Assembly: GCA_963825295.1 (NCBI GenBank) | Contig: CAWGSZ010000009.1 | Span: 1,432,188 to 1,496,187 of the forward strand | Direction of reading: 5' to 3' | Length of the DNA: 64,000 nt | Source of the DNA: Vicinamibacterales bacterium | Lineage (GTDB): Bacteria > Acidobacteriota > Vicinamibacteria > Vicinamibacterales > JAMQPK01 | Shown here: positions 29,495 to 37,684 of the stretch, one piece after another | How positions within the stretch are numbered: position 1 is the first letter of the stretch | Layout: every line of letters begins with the position of its first letter | Notes under the pieces: generated by a model | What the model was told of the DNA's origin: nothing | Database searches by the model: none | What the model saw: only the letters and a program-made list of their open reading frames with translations | Made by a program: the position numbers and the translations under genes

Positions 29495-32115
29495 CGCTCG
29501 CTCCTCATCCCCACTCTCGTCTCGGGCTCGGGACGTTCCGTGCTCTGCCCCGCGGCACCGCTGAACGGCGTGCTCGTGACGACACCCAGAATCACCGACG
29601 ACCACCGATAGTTGCCCGCCGCGGCCTCGCGCGCGATCTTCCGGATCGCCGGCTGATCGTAGTACTCGATGCCACGTCCGATCGCATACGCCAGCAGCTT
29701 GCCGCTGAGCGTTCTGACGAACTCTTCCTTGTTGTCGGTCAGATAGCTGCGCAGCCCGTCAACACCCGTGAACTTCTTTCCGTCGGGCATCGCGGCGCTC
29801 GCATCGACCGGCACCGCATCGGCCTCGACGCGCCACTTTCCGACGGCGTCGAAATTCTCGAGGGAGAAGCCAAGCGGATCCATCCGCTGATGGCACGACG
29901 CGCACGCGGGATTTTTCCGGTGCAGCTCCATGCGCTCGCGCAGCGACTTCGGCTGCCCCTCGGCACCGGCCTCCTTGAGCGCCGGCACGTCGAGCGGCGG
30001 CGGTGGCGGCGGCGCGCCGAGCATGTTCGCGAGCAGCCAGCGCCCGCGCATCACGACCGAGGTGCGGTTGGCGTACGACGTCACCGCCAGCACGCTGCCC
30101 TGTCCCAGCAGGCCGCCCCGATTGCGGTCGGTCAACTTCACCGGACGGTAGTGGCTGCCGTAGACGTTCGGAATGCCGTAGTGCTTCGCCAGCCGATCGT
30201 TGGCAAACGTGTAGTCCGCGAGCAGGAGGTCGGTCACGTTGCGATCCTGCTTCAGCTGATCGGCGACAAACATGCGCGTCTCTGTGGCGAACGCCTCGCG
30301 CAGGTTTTCGTCGAACTCCGGATACAACTGCGTGTCGGGCACGAAGCCGGCAAGCTTGCTCAACTCGAGCCAGCGCGTGGCAAATCCTTCGACGAGCGCC
30401 TCGGAGCGGGGATCGCGCAGCATGCGGCGCACCTGCTGCTCGAGGACGGCCCGATCTCTCAGCTTGCCGCGAATCGCGGCGTTCGTCAGCTCTTCGTCGG
30501 GAATGCTGCTCCAGATGAAAAACGACAGCTTCGACGCGAGGTCGATGTCGTCGGTGCGCGCCGACTTCACACGGAAGATGAAGCTCGGCGCCGCCAGCAC
30601 CCGCTCGAGACCGCGCTGAATGCCGGCATCGAAGCTGTTTTCCTCGGTGCGTCCTGCCCTGAAGAAGTCGACGAGGACCTGCGTTTCGGACTCGGTGACG
30701 GGACGGCGATACGCGCGAGCGGCCACCGTCGAGAGAATCCTGCGCGCGCACGCTTCTTCGTCGCCGCCTTTCGGCGTGCACACGTACAGCCCACGGCGCG
30801 TGGGCGACTGGCCGGGTCCGGTCACGTTGAAGGGGCCGCCGATCGACACCGTCTTCAGCGAGGGATAACCGAAATACAACTCGTTCGTCGTGCGGCCGAA
30901 TCCGGTCTGCAGCGGCTGCTCGATGCCTTCGGGCTCCCAGAGACGCCTGACGAACGAAACCCCGACCGAGTGCGGTCCGGCTGTCACGGGCACGCGAACT
31001 TCGAGTCCGCGGTCCGCCGTCAGCATGTAGTGCTCCCATTCGGGATCGCCCGGCGTGTTGCCCGCGAAATTCTCGGGCGTGCTCATGCCCCTGGCTTCGC
31101 CGCCGATCGAGAACCGCTTCAACAGGACGCCGTCGAGCCTGATGTCGACCTGGTGCGGCTCTCCCATCCCCACGAGGTAGTCGTAGAGCTGGCGCTTGAG
31201 CTCGAGCTTGATGAGGTATTCGCCGTCGACGGGGAACTGGTAGTTCACCGCAATGCCGCCGCGCGAGCCGAACGGCAGGTCGTCGCTCATGCGCTCGTCC
31301 TGCACGAAGTCGCGCTCGACCTTGAAGACGTCGACCACCGGCTTGCGCGAGGTATCGCCCACCGCGAGGCGGCTGATCATGCGCGCGGCCGAGAGATAGT
31401 TTTCCAGGAGCGCCGGCGACACCGTGAGCACGCTGGCGACGTTGTCGAACCCCTCCTGGTCGGCGTCATCGGTCGAGAGCACCGCGCGGCCGTCGATCTC
31501 GAGGCCGAAGAGGTCGCGAATGGCGTTCGTGTATTCGGTGCGGTTCAGGCGGTGCACCGGGACGCGGCCCGGATTCGGATTGGCGGCGGCGGCCGCGTCG
31601 AGCGCGCGTTCGATATGCGCGGTCATCGCCAGATACGTGGCCTGGTCGGGACGCGCTGCCGCGGGCGGTGGCATCTCGTGCGTCCGGAACTTGCGCGCGA
31701 TCTTCTCCCAGACCTCGGCGTCGGCGGCCACGTTCTGCGGGTCGAGATGATCGATCATCAAACCCGCGACCTTGCGCTTCTCGTTGTGGCAGGTGATGCA
31801 GTACTTCGAGAGCGTGGCGGAGGGATTGACCGGCGGTGTGACTGGAGCTGGTGATGCCTGGGCCTTGAGGACAGGGCTAAAGCCCTGTGCCACCGAGGCA
31901 GAGGCAGGGCTGAAGCCCTGCGCTACCAGAATCGAAGCTACCGGAATCGACGCACCAGACGATGGCCGATGGCCGATCGACGATGGACGATCGACGATGG
32001 ACGATGGACGATCGACGATGGACGATGGACGATCGACGATCGCTTGCCCCGCGACGGCTGTGAAGACAGCGCCACACGCAGCGAGGAAGAAGGTCATTCT
32101 GAGCGGTTTTTTCAT
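29491..32115 (-). CDS. DUF1592/DUF1595/DUF1588/DUF1587/DUF1585-type protein with c-type heme motifs
   Basis: CITCH near the N-terminus and CASCH near the C-terminus, with the large multi-DUF architecture that pairs with DUF1552. ATG at 32115 (MKKPLRMTFFLAACGAVFTAVAG). Confidence 0.85.
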   Translation of the reverse strand: MKKPLRMTFFLAACGAVFTAVAGQAIVDRPSSIVDRPSSIVDRPSSIGHRPSSGASIPVASILVAQGFSPASASVAQGFSPVLKAQASPAPVTPPVNPSATLSKYCITCHNEKRKVAGLMIDHLDPQNVAADAEVWEKIARKFRTHEMPPPAAARPDQATYLAMTAHIERALDAAAAANPNPGRVPVHRLNRTEYTNAIRDLFGLEIDGRAVLSTDDADQEGFDNVASVLTVSPALLENYLSAARMISRLAVGDTSRKPVVDVFKVERDFVQDERMSDDLPFGSRGGIAVNYQFPVDGEYLIKLELKRQLYDYLVGMGEPHQVDIRLDGVLLKRFSIGGEARGMSTPENFAGNTPGDPEWEHYMLTADRGLEVRVPVTAGPHSVGVSFVRRLWEPEGIEQPLQTGFGRTTNELYFGYPSLKTVSIGGPFNVTGPGQSPTRRGLYVCTPKGGDEEACARRILSTVAARAYRRPVTESETQVLVDFFRAGRTEENSFDAGIQRGLERVLAAPSFIFRVKSARTDDIDLASKLSFFIWSSIPDEELTNAAIRGKLRDRAVLEQQVRRMLRDPRSEALVEGFATRWLELSKLAGFVPDTQLYPEFDENLREAFATETRMFVADQLKQDRNVTDLLLADYTFANDRLAKHYGIPNVYGSHYRPVKLTDRNRGGLLGQGSVLAVTSYANRTSVVMRGRWLLANMLGAPPPPPPLDVPALKEAGAEGQPKSLRERMELHRKNPACASCHQRMDPLGFSLENFDAVGKWRVEADAVPVDASAAMPDGKKFTGVDGLRSYLTDNKEEFVRTLSGKLLAYAIGRGIEYYDQPAIRKIAREAAAGNYRWSSVILGVVTSTPFSGAAGQSTERPEPETRVGMRSER
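31871..31921. repeat. two REP-like hairpins inside the DUF1592 CDS
   Basis: ACAGGGCTAAAGCCCTGT (31871-31888) and GCAGGGCTGAAGCCCTGC (31904-31921). They are translated on the minus strand as VAQGFSPA x2. Confidence 0.7.
31961..32044. repeat. 12 tandem heptamers (GATGGCC/GATGGAC/GATCGAC), 21-nt super-period
   Basis: Direct reading of 84 nt, translated on the minus strand as IVDRPSS x3 plus IGHRPSS in the linker after the signal peptide. Confidence 0.85.
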
Positions 32116-32227
32116 CTCGCGCACACCACTCCCGGCCGTTTCAAAGGAACGTAATTAGGATAGCAAGGCCGCGGTCGGCAGGCTACCCCCAAACGTCGCA
32201 AAATGTGGCGATTTCAGGGGGATTTCG

Positions 32228-32479
32228 TCAGTCGTGCGGATGGTTTCTGACGTACTCCGCGTCGGCGGCGGCCTTCTCGCGCTGCACCTTGCCCGCGCGC
32301 TTGCGCCCGTCGGAAAGGGCCACCTGCCGCGAGCCGTCCGAGCTCGGGGCAAACATCGAAATCAAGCGCTCGAGATCGGTCCCCGCGCACGATGGGCAGG
32401 CCGCGTCGCCAGAGGAAGGCAGTTTGAGAAATTCGAAGCGATGGCCGCAGCCGCGGCACTCGTATTCGTAAATGGGCAT
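32228..32479 (-). CDS. FmdB-family zinc-ribbon protein
   Basis: MPIYEYECRGCGHRFE...CPSCAG is the CxxC...CxxC signature of the FmdB family. Confidence 0.85.
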   Translation of the reverse strand: MPIYEYECRGCGHRFEFLKLPSSGDAACPSCAGTDLERLISMFAPSSDGSRQVALSDGRKRAGKVQREKAAADAEYVRNHPHD

Positions 32480-32486
32480 GGGCGCT

Positions 32487-33329
32487 CTATAACCCTTCCG
32501 CCTTCATCATAACGCGCATTTCCTGCTGCGCCTGGTCGAGTCCAGTGGCGATGTCGGTCGTCAACGTCAGCAGTTCGCGCGCGAGCGTCGCACCGGCCTC
32601 GGGAGACGTGGCCGTCCGGATATTCTGCGCCACGGCGATCGCGCGATCGGTCGTCGCATCGATCTGGTTGAGCTTCTCCGTGACCGACGCGGCGTGACTC
32701 TTGACGCCGGCCGATGCGCCTTCGGCGGCCGCGGCGAAGCCCACATGTTGCACCGCGCCCGCGATGGCCTTTTTCACGCCGTATCCAGAGGCCGGCCCTT
32801 TCGGCTCGACCGACGGATCGAACGCGTGCAGCACGTGTCCGGCGTGCAGCTTCAGATCGTCGAGGCTGGATGATTTCGACGTCAGCAGCGCGTGCGCCGA
32901 CGCCACGCGCGTGTCGCTGATGGCTACGGTCAGCAGGCCAACCGTGCCCGGCGTGTCACGCCACGCGATCATGACGTGCCCGATGTGTGAGTGCACCAGC
33001 GGCAGTTCGATGCGGGCGATCATGATGCCTTTGTCGGTCATCGTGCCGGTGACGCGCACTGGTCGTGCCAGTCGGAGGGGCAAGCCCGCGAAGTCCTGAT
33101 TCGCGATGGGGATGGCTTTCTGCTGATCGTCCACCACCACGTACTTCGCGAGGCTCTTGAGACAGTGGAACGCACACTCGCGCTCGGTCATCCCGCTCGA
33201 CGCCATCATGGCCTGATGCGATCCGGCACACTTGTTCTCGCTGATCACACCCGACCATGTCTGCGGGCTCTGCGCCAGGGGCGCAGAGCTCAGCAGGAGA
33301 ACCAGAACCGCGACGAGTCTGTGGCGCAT
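32487..33329 (-). CDS. secreted hypothetical protein (Cys/His-containing N-domain, helical C-domain)
   Basis: Signal peptide MRHRLVAVLVLLLSSAPLAQS. 7-nt spacers to both neighbours. Confidence 0.6.
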   Translation of the reverse strand: MRHRLVAVLVLLLSSAPLAQSPQTWSGVISENKCAGSHQAMMASSGMTERECAFHCLKSLAKYVVVDDQQKAIPIANQDFAGLPLRLARPVRVTGTMTDKGIMIARIELPLVHSHIGHVMIAWRDTPGTVGLLTVAISDTRVASAHALLTSKSSSLDDLKLHAGHVLHAFDPSVEPKGPASGYGVKKAIAGAVQHVGFAAAAEGASAGVKSHAASVTEKLNQIDATTDRAIAVAQNIRTATSPEAGATLARELLTLTTDIATGLDQAQQEMRVMMKAEGL

Positions 33330-33336
33330 CCCTTGA

Positions 33337-34365
33337 TTATGGCGCGAGCGAGGCCGTGTAGGCCGAGATGTTGATCAGATCGTCTTCCGTCAGCTTCGCG
33401 ACGACCGGCTTCATGAGATCGGACCACACGCCCGCGCGCGCGCCGGTCTGCATGTCGAACATCTGCCGCGCGCTGTAGCTCGGCGAACGTCCGGCGAGGC
33501 CGGGCACCGGGCCCAGTCCCTTCAGATCCGCGCCATGACAGATAGCGCACGCCGTCGTCTTGCCGCCGCCGCTCTTGACGAGCGCTTCACCTTTCTTGAT
33601 GCTTCCGACCGGCACGTACGCGACAAACCCCGAGCGCGGATCGCGCAGCGCTTCGCGCGCGTTGTCTTCGGGCATCTCGATGATGCGCTGGCCGAGCGCC
33701 TCGGTTTCGGCGCCGAGGCCGACAAACAGACCGCCGGCGATGCGCGTCTTCGGCACCGTCTTGCTCTCGACGACCCTGATCCACGGCGTCCACTTCATCG
33801 AGCCGAAGTACTGCGCCGCAACGCGGATCTCTTCGTCGGTCATCGCCTTGGCAATCGCGATCATCGCGTTGACGTTGGCCTTTTTCGGATCGGCGCTCTT
33901 GCGCGCGCCGCTGCGGTAGTCATTCATCTGTTGAATGAAGTATGCGACCGGGAATCCGGACACCGGCGCGTTCTCGGCGCGGCCTTTCCCGTTCGGGTAG
34001 TGGCACAGCGCACACGCGCGGACGTTGCCGTCTTTGCGTCCGCGCGCGACGATGTCGGGCATCGGTGGGTGATCGCCCGGGTGCCAGTCGGCCGGGCCGA
34101 AGCCGTCGCGAATCTGCGGCAGCGTGAACTGGCCCGTGCTCCCCATCAGCGTTTTTGGCGACCCATCGTCCTGCGCGGGCGGCTGGGCAGGCGGAGGCGT
34201 GGAGCCAGGTTCGGGATACCCGTATGCCCATCGAGGGAGATTTGCCGGCGCCGCGGGCGTCGCCGCCGCGGCCGCACCCTCCTGCCGCGCAGGCTGCGCC
34301 TGCTGGGCAATGATGGACGCCGTCGCGACGAGTAGAGCCATCGCCAGGAGTGAGAGTCTTCGCAT
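33337..34365 (-). CDS. dihaem c-type cytochrome
   Basis: Two CxxCH motifs (CALCH, CAICH). Signal peptide MRRLSLLAMALLVATASIIAQ. ATG at 34365. Confidence 0.85.
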   Translation of the reverse strand: MRRLSLLAMALLVATASIIAQQAQPARQEGAAAAATPAAPANLPRWAYGYPEPGSTPPPAQPPAQDDGSPKTLMGSTGQFTLPQIRDGFGPADWHPGDHPPMPDIVARGRKDGNVRACALCHYPNGKGRAENAPVSGFPVAYFIQQMNDYRSGARKSADPKKANVNAMIAIAKAMTDEEIRVAAQYFGSMKWTPWIRVVESKTVPKTRIAGGLFVGLGAETEALGQRIIEMPEDNAREALRDPRSGFVAYVPVGSIKKGEALVKSGGGKTTACAICHGADLKGLGPVPGLAGRSPSYSARQMFDMQTGARAGVWSDLMKPVVAKLTEDDLINISAYTASLAP

Positions 34366-34377
34366 TGCGCCTCCAAT

Positions 34378-34396
34378 GGTCCGGCTGAAGCCGGAC
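34378..34396. repeat. REP-like hairpin GGTCCGGCTGAAGCCGGAC
   Basis: 8-bp stem GTCCGGCT/AGCCGGAC, in the 37-nt spacer between the propeller and cytochrome genes. Confidence 0.5.
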
Positions 34397-34402
34397 ACGA
34401 AT

Positions 34403-35248
34403 TCAAGCTACGTCAACCCTGCACATCCACCCGGTGTGCGGGCTCTTGTCACGTTCCCATCCGGGGTGTATGCCCGCGTCGCAGAAATACATCTTGCCAT
34501 CCAGCATCGCGAGACCATGTGGATCGGGATCGCCAACCGCCAACTGAATGCTCTCGCGGATGGCGCCTGTCTTCGCATCGATCTTCACGAGGCGCGGTTC
34601 GTCGGTCCCGTCGACGATCCACATCGCGCCGTTATCCCAGGCGAGGCCATGCGGCCGCTGTATCTGCGTAAATGGATGCGCAACGATGGGCTGAAACGTT
34701 TCCGGATTCACCTGCATGAGCGCGCGCAATCGCGACGCCACGATCCACAGCGTGCCGTCCACGTACTCGAGTCCTGTCGCGCCGCCTCCGCCCAGCGGAA
34801 CCGGATGCCGCTTGACCAGGGTGCCGTCCATCTGGCACTGCAGAATCTCCGAAGTGGTGCTCTCGATCTTTATCGGCCGATCGAATTGCGCGGCGCCGTT
34901 GGCCGACAGCCACAAATATCCGCCGCCAACCGCGAGACCACTGCAGTTGTGGCAGTCGGTCTGAAATGCCTTCAGCACTTTGCCGGTCATGTCCATCAGG
35001 ATGACGCGGTCGGTCACCTGCTCGCCGATCCAGAACCCTTCGGGCGACACATCGAGCGCGTTCGGATGACCGTCGGCCGTCTTGAAGAGCTTGGTGACCG
35101 TCGCTTTCCGCACCGGCGGCGGAGGCGCGGCGGGCTTCGCCGTGCGGACCTCGCCGGGCGCAAGCGGCCGTCCGCCCTGCGCGAGCGCGGTCATCGGTGC
35201 CGTCGCGAGCCCGGCGCCCAGTGCGGCGAGGAAGTCCCGGCGTCTCAT
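34403..35248 (-). CDS. Tat-exported beta-propeller-repeat protein
   Basis: MRRRDFLAALGAGLATAP twin-arginine signal. Five or six repeats of the type GLA(W/V)..G.(L/M)W(I/L). Confidence 0.65.
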   Translation of the reverse strand: MRRRDFLAALGAGLATAPMTALAQGGRPLAPGEVRTAKPAAPPPPVRKATVTKLFKTADGHPNALDVSPEGFWIGEQVTDRVILMDMTGKVLKAFQTDCHNCSGLAVGGGYLWLSANGAAQFDRPIKIESTTSEILQCQMDGTLVKRHPVPLGGGGATGLEYVDGTLWIVASRLRALMQVNPETFQPIVAHPFTQIQRPHGLAWDNGAMWIVDGTDEPRLVKIDAKTGAIRESIQLAVGDPDPHGLAMLDGKMYFCDAGIHPGWERDKSPHTGWMCRVDVA

Positions 35249-35328
35249 CGGCCTGCTCCCGGGAAAGGGGTCGGGTGCAATTTCACCCGACACCGTTTTT
35301 CGTGTGGGTCAGAAAGTGCCGCAAGCCG

Positions 35329-36474
35329 ATGCAAATGTCAATTGGCGGCAATTTCGCTCAGTCTGGCGTGCCGTTTGCTTTCCTGCTCATTGTGAAAGCA
35401 ACGATTGCCGGCGTGGTCCTCGTGGCTGCTGGTGTCGCCGCGCTGGGAGGATTCGAGACCGGCGACGGCATTCCCGCGCCGCCCGAAAGGGAGTGGCACG
35501 CACGCAACGATGCGCTGGCGCGTGCACGCGTGTTTCGCGAAACCGGATTCGACGCATCGGCGATCGACTTCACGTTCGATCCCAATGGCGGCGTGCTCGA
35601 CACCGGCCTCACGACTTGCCGATACACGCCCGACGACATTTCCGGAACGACACCCAAATTCGATTGCGAGCTGCCCAACGGCGAGCGCATCAAAGTGAAG
35701 TACGGGTGGACCAACGAAATTCCCTCGGAATTGGTGTCCACCCGTCTCCTTGATGGGCTTGGGTTCGGGGCCGATCGCGTGTCGCTCGTCGAGACAGTCC
35801 GCTGTTACGGCTGTCCTTTTCAACCGTTCCACTCGAGATCGCTCGCCGAATTCATCGGGATCGCCCGCGTGCTCGACAGACACATCGACTACACGAGGCA
35901 TCGCGATTTCCATCACGTCAGCGCCGAGCGCAATCTCGACGGCGAGGCCATCGAGGTCGGAAAGGCGCGCGGATGGGGGTTCTGGGAACTGAAACGCATC
36001 GACCCGTCGCGCGGCGGGGCCTCGCGCGCCGAAGTGGACGCGCTGCGATTGATGGCGGTGCTGCTGCACCACTGGGACAACAAGACGGCGAACCAGCGGC
36101 TCGTGTGCGCGGATGCCGACACGGCCGATTGCGCGCATCCGCTCGCGATGATTCAGGATGCCGGCTCCGACTTCGGACCAAAAAAGCTCGACCTCGATAA
36201 ATGGAGATCCAGGCCGGTCTGGTCCGGCGATCCGTCCACCTGCATGCTGTCGATGAAGGGGATGCCCTACGGCGGGGGCACGTTCGAGGATGTCGCGATT
36301 TCCGAAGACGGTCGCAGGCTGTTGGGGGATCGGTTGCGCCAGCTTTCTCCCGCGCAACTGGAAACGCTGTTCTCCATCGCGAAGCTGGATAAGGTCGCCG
36401 AGTGGGTCTCAGCGTTTCAGGAAAAGGTGCAGCAAATCGTCAACCGGGCCCCGTGCCCGTCCGCCCGTTCGTAA
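35329..36474 (+). CDS. membrane-anchored hypothetical protein with protein-kinase-like motifs
   Basis: N-terminal TM segment (FAFLLIVKATIAGVVLVAAGVAAL). Motifs ERIKVKYG, LLHHWDNKTANQRLV (HxDxxxxN-like) and MIQDAGSDFGP (DxG/DFG-like). See the finding at 35329-36474. Confidence 0.6.
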   Translation: MQMSIGGNFAQSGVPFAFLLIVKATIAGVVLVAAGVAALGGFETGDGIPAPPEREWHARNDALARARVFRETGFDASAIDFTFDPNGGVLDTGLTTCRYTPDDISGTTPKFDCELPNGERIKVKYGWTNEIPSELVSTRLLDGLGFGADRVSLVETVRCYGCPFQPFHSRSLAEFIGIARVLDRHIDYTRHRDFHHVSAERNLDGEAIEVGKARGWGFWELKRIDPSRGGASRAEVDALRLMAVLLHHWDNKTANQRLVCADADTADCAHPLAMIQDAGSDFGPKKLDLDKWRSRPVWSGDPSTCMLSMKGMPYGGGTFEDVAISEDGRRLLGDRLRQLSPAQLETLFSIAKLDKVAEWVSAFQEKVQQIVNRAPCPSARS

Positions 36475-36554
36475 GTCCTGACACATTCGTTCGGCATCTG
36501 CGCTCGCGCGCAGAGGTGAAAGGGAGGGCCGGCCCAGGGCCGGCCCGACGTGCC

Positions 36555-36722
36555 TTAGATGACTGGCCCTCTCCGTCCCGTGGCGAGATGGATCACCAGC
36601 AGGATGATCCCGACGATGAAGAGAATCCATGCGATCTGCGACGCGATGGCCGCAACACCCGTGGCGCCGAGCACGCCGGCAACAAGGCCGACGATGAGAA
36701 AAACAAGCGCGTAATACAGCAC
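36555..36722 (-). CDS. UPF0391/DUF1328 small membrane protein
   Basis: GGAGG lies 7 nt upstream of the GTG at 36722. (M)LYYALVFLIVGLVAGVLGATGVAAIASQIAWILFIVGIILLVIHLATGRR is typical of the family. Confidence 0.75.
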   Translation of the reverse strand: MLYYALVFLIVGLVAGVLGATGVAAIASQIAWILFIVGIILLVIHLATGRRGPVI

Positions 36723-36899
36723 AACAACACCTCCTGCCCGTCGAACAAAGCAGAAGATGTGCCGTTTCTCCTCGCGCCCGCGCATCGCGTTTTCACGAGC
36801 AAAAACGCAATCGCCCGAGCGCCGGCTTCCGGCATGTGTCGTGGAACGCTGCAGTCCGGACGTGGCACGGATCTCGTAGCGACGGGGACAGGAGGATCC

Positions 36900-37148
36900 A
36901 TGAGACCCAGGCTCAGCAAGCTCGACCGGAAACATCCCGAAGCCGCACGGGATGCCATGGAAGACATCAAGGACTTTGCGGGCGATCCCAGGCCCGTGCG
37001 CAACGAAATCAAGTATGTCAGCGCGAATCGCGATCGCGCGCTCGGCGCATCGGATCGCACCGGCCGCCACTACGACCACGACGGGGAAACGGCGAGCGAA
37101 ACGCAGGACGAAGGAGTGGACGCCTCCGTAGATCACGAAGCGGACTGA
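36900..37148 (+). CDS. small hypothetical protein (82 aa, acidic C-terminus)
   Basis: AGGAGGA at 36890-36896 lies just upstream of the ATG. The gene ends 15 nt before the FKBP gene. No family recognised. Confidence 0.4.
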   Translation: MRPRLSKLDRKHPEAARDAMEDIKDFAGDPRPVRNEIKYVSANRDRALGASDRTGRHYDHDGETASETQDEGVDASVDHEAD

Positions 37149-37162
37149 TATACACTGCCCGC

Positions 37163-37597
37163 GTGCGACTCTTCACACTCATCGCGATCGTTGCGTCGAT
37201 TGGATTCACCGGCTGTGGGGGGGCAGAAGCGCCATTGACATCTCCGCCGCCCACAGCGTTTTCACAGGTCGATCTCACGACCGGTAGTGGCGCCACGGCT
37301 CGGCGTGGCGCACGTCTCACCGTGCACTACACCGGGTGGCTCTACGACTCGAGCCGGCCCGACGCCAAGGGCAAGCAGTTCGACACGTCGATCGGCGGCG
37401 AACCGTTCACGTTCCGGCTAGGCAACGGCGATGTCATCGGCGGCTGGGATCGGGGATTCGAAGAGATGCGCGTCGGCGGCAAGCGACGGCTCATCATCCC
37501 GCCCGATCTCGGGTATGGCGCATCCGGCACGCCGGACGGCTCCATTCCCGCAAACGCCGGGCTCGTGTTCGAGATGGAACTGCTGGACGTGCAGTGA
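37163..37597 (+). CDS. FKBP-type peptidyl-prolyl cis-trans isomerase, lipoprotein
   Basis: Lipobox IGFTGC. FKBP core VHYTGWL..G..FD(T)S......F.LG.G.VI.GWD.G...M..GG.R.L.IPP.LGYG. GTG start at 37163. Confidence 0.85.
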   Translation: MRLFTLIAIVASIGFTGCGGAEAPLTSPPPTAFSQVDLTTGSGATARRGARLTVHYTGWLYDSSRPDAKGKQFDTSIGGEPFTFRLGNGDVIGGWDRGFEEMRVGGKRRLIIPPDLGYGASGTPDGSIPANAGLVFEMELLDVQ

Positions 37598-37601
37598 AAG
37601 A

Positions 37602-37682
37602 GGGGTATAGGGTCGGGAGGGGTTTTCGGCGGAAGCGGGCGAAAACCCCTCCCGACCCCATACCCCTCCCGACCCTGTTTTT
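37602..37682. terminator. long GC-rich hairpin plus T-run between convergent genes
   Basis: GGGGTATAGGGTCGGGAGGGGTTTTC (37602-37627) pairs with GAAAACCCCTCCCGACCCCATACCCC (37641-37666) at 25 of 26 bp. A partial third copy and TTTTT (37677-37682) follow. Confidence 0.7.
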
Positions 37683-37684
37683 CC

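Noticed and set aside
36402-36899. Upstream part of the 248-aa ORF 36402-37148, and the 193-aa minus-strand ORF 36555-37136.
   Set aside because: Only the distal 82 codons of the plus-strand ORF follow a good RBS. Only the last 55 codons of the minus-strand ORF form the recognisable UPF0391 membrane protein, preceded by GGAGG. The remainder is Arg/Pro-rich filler.
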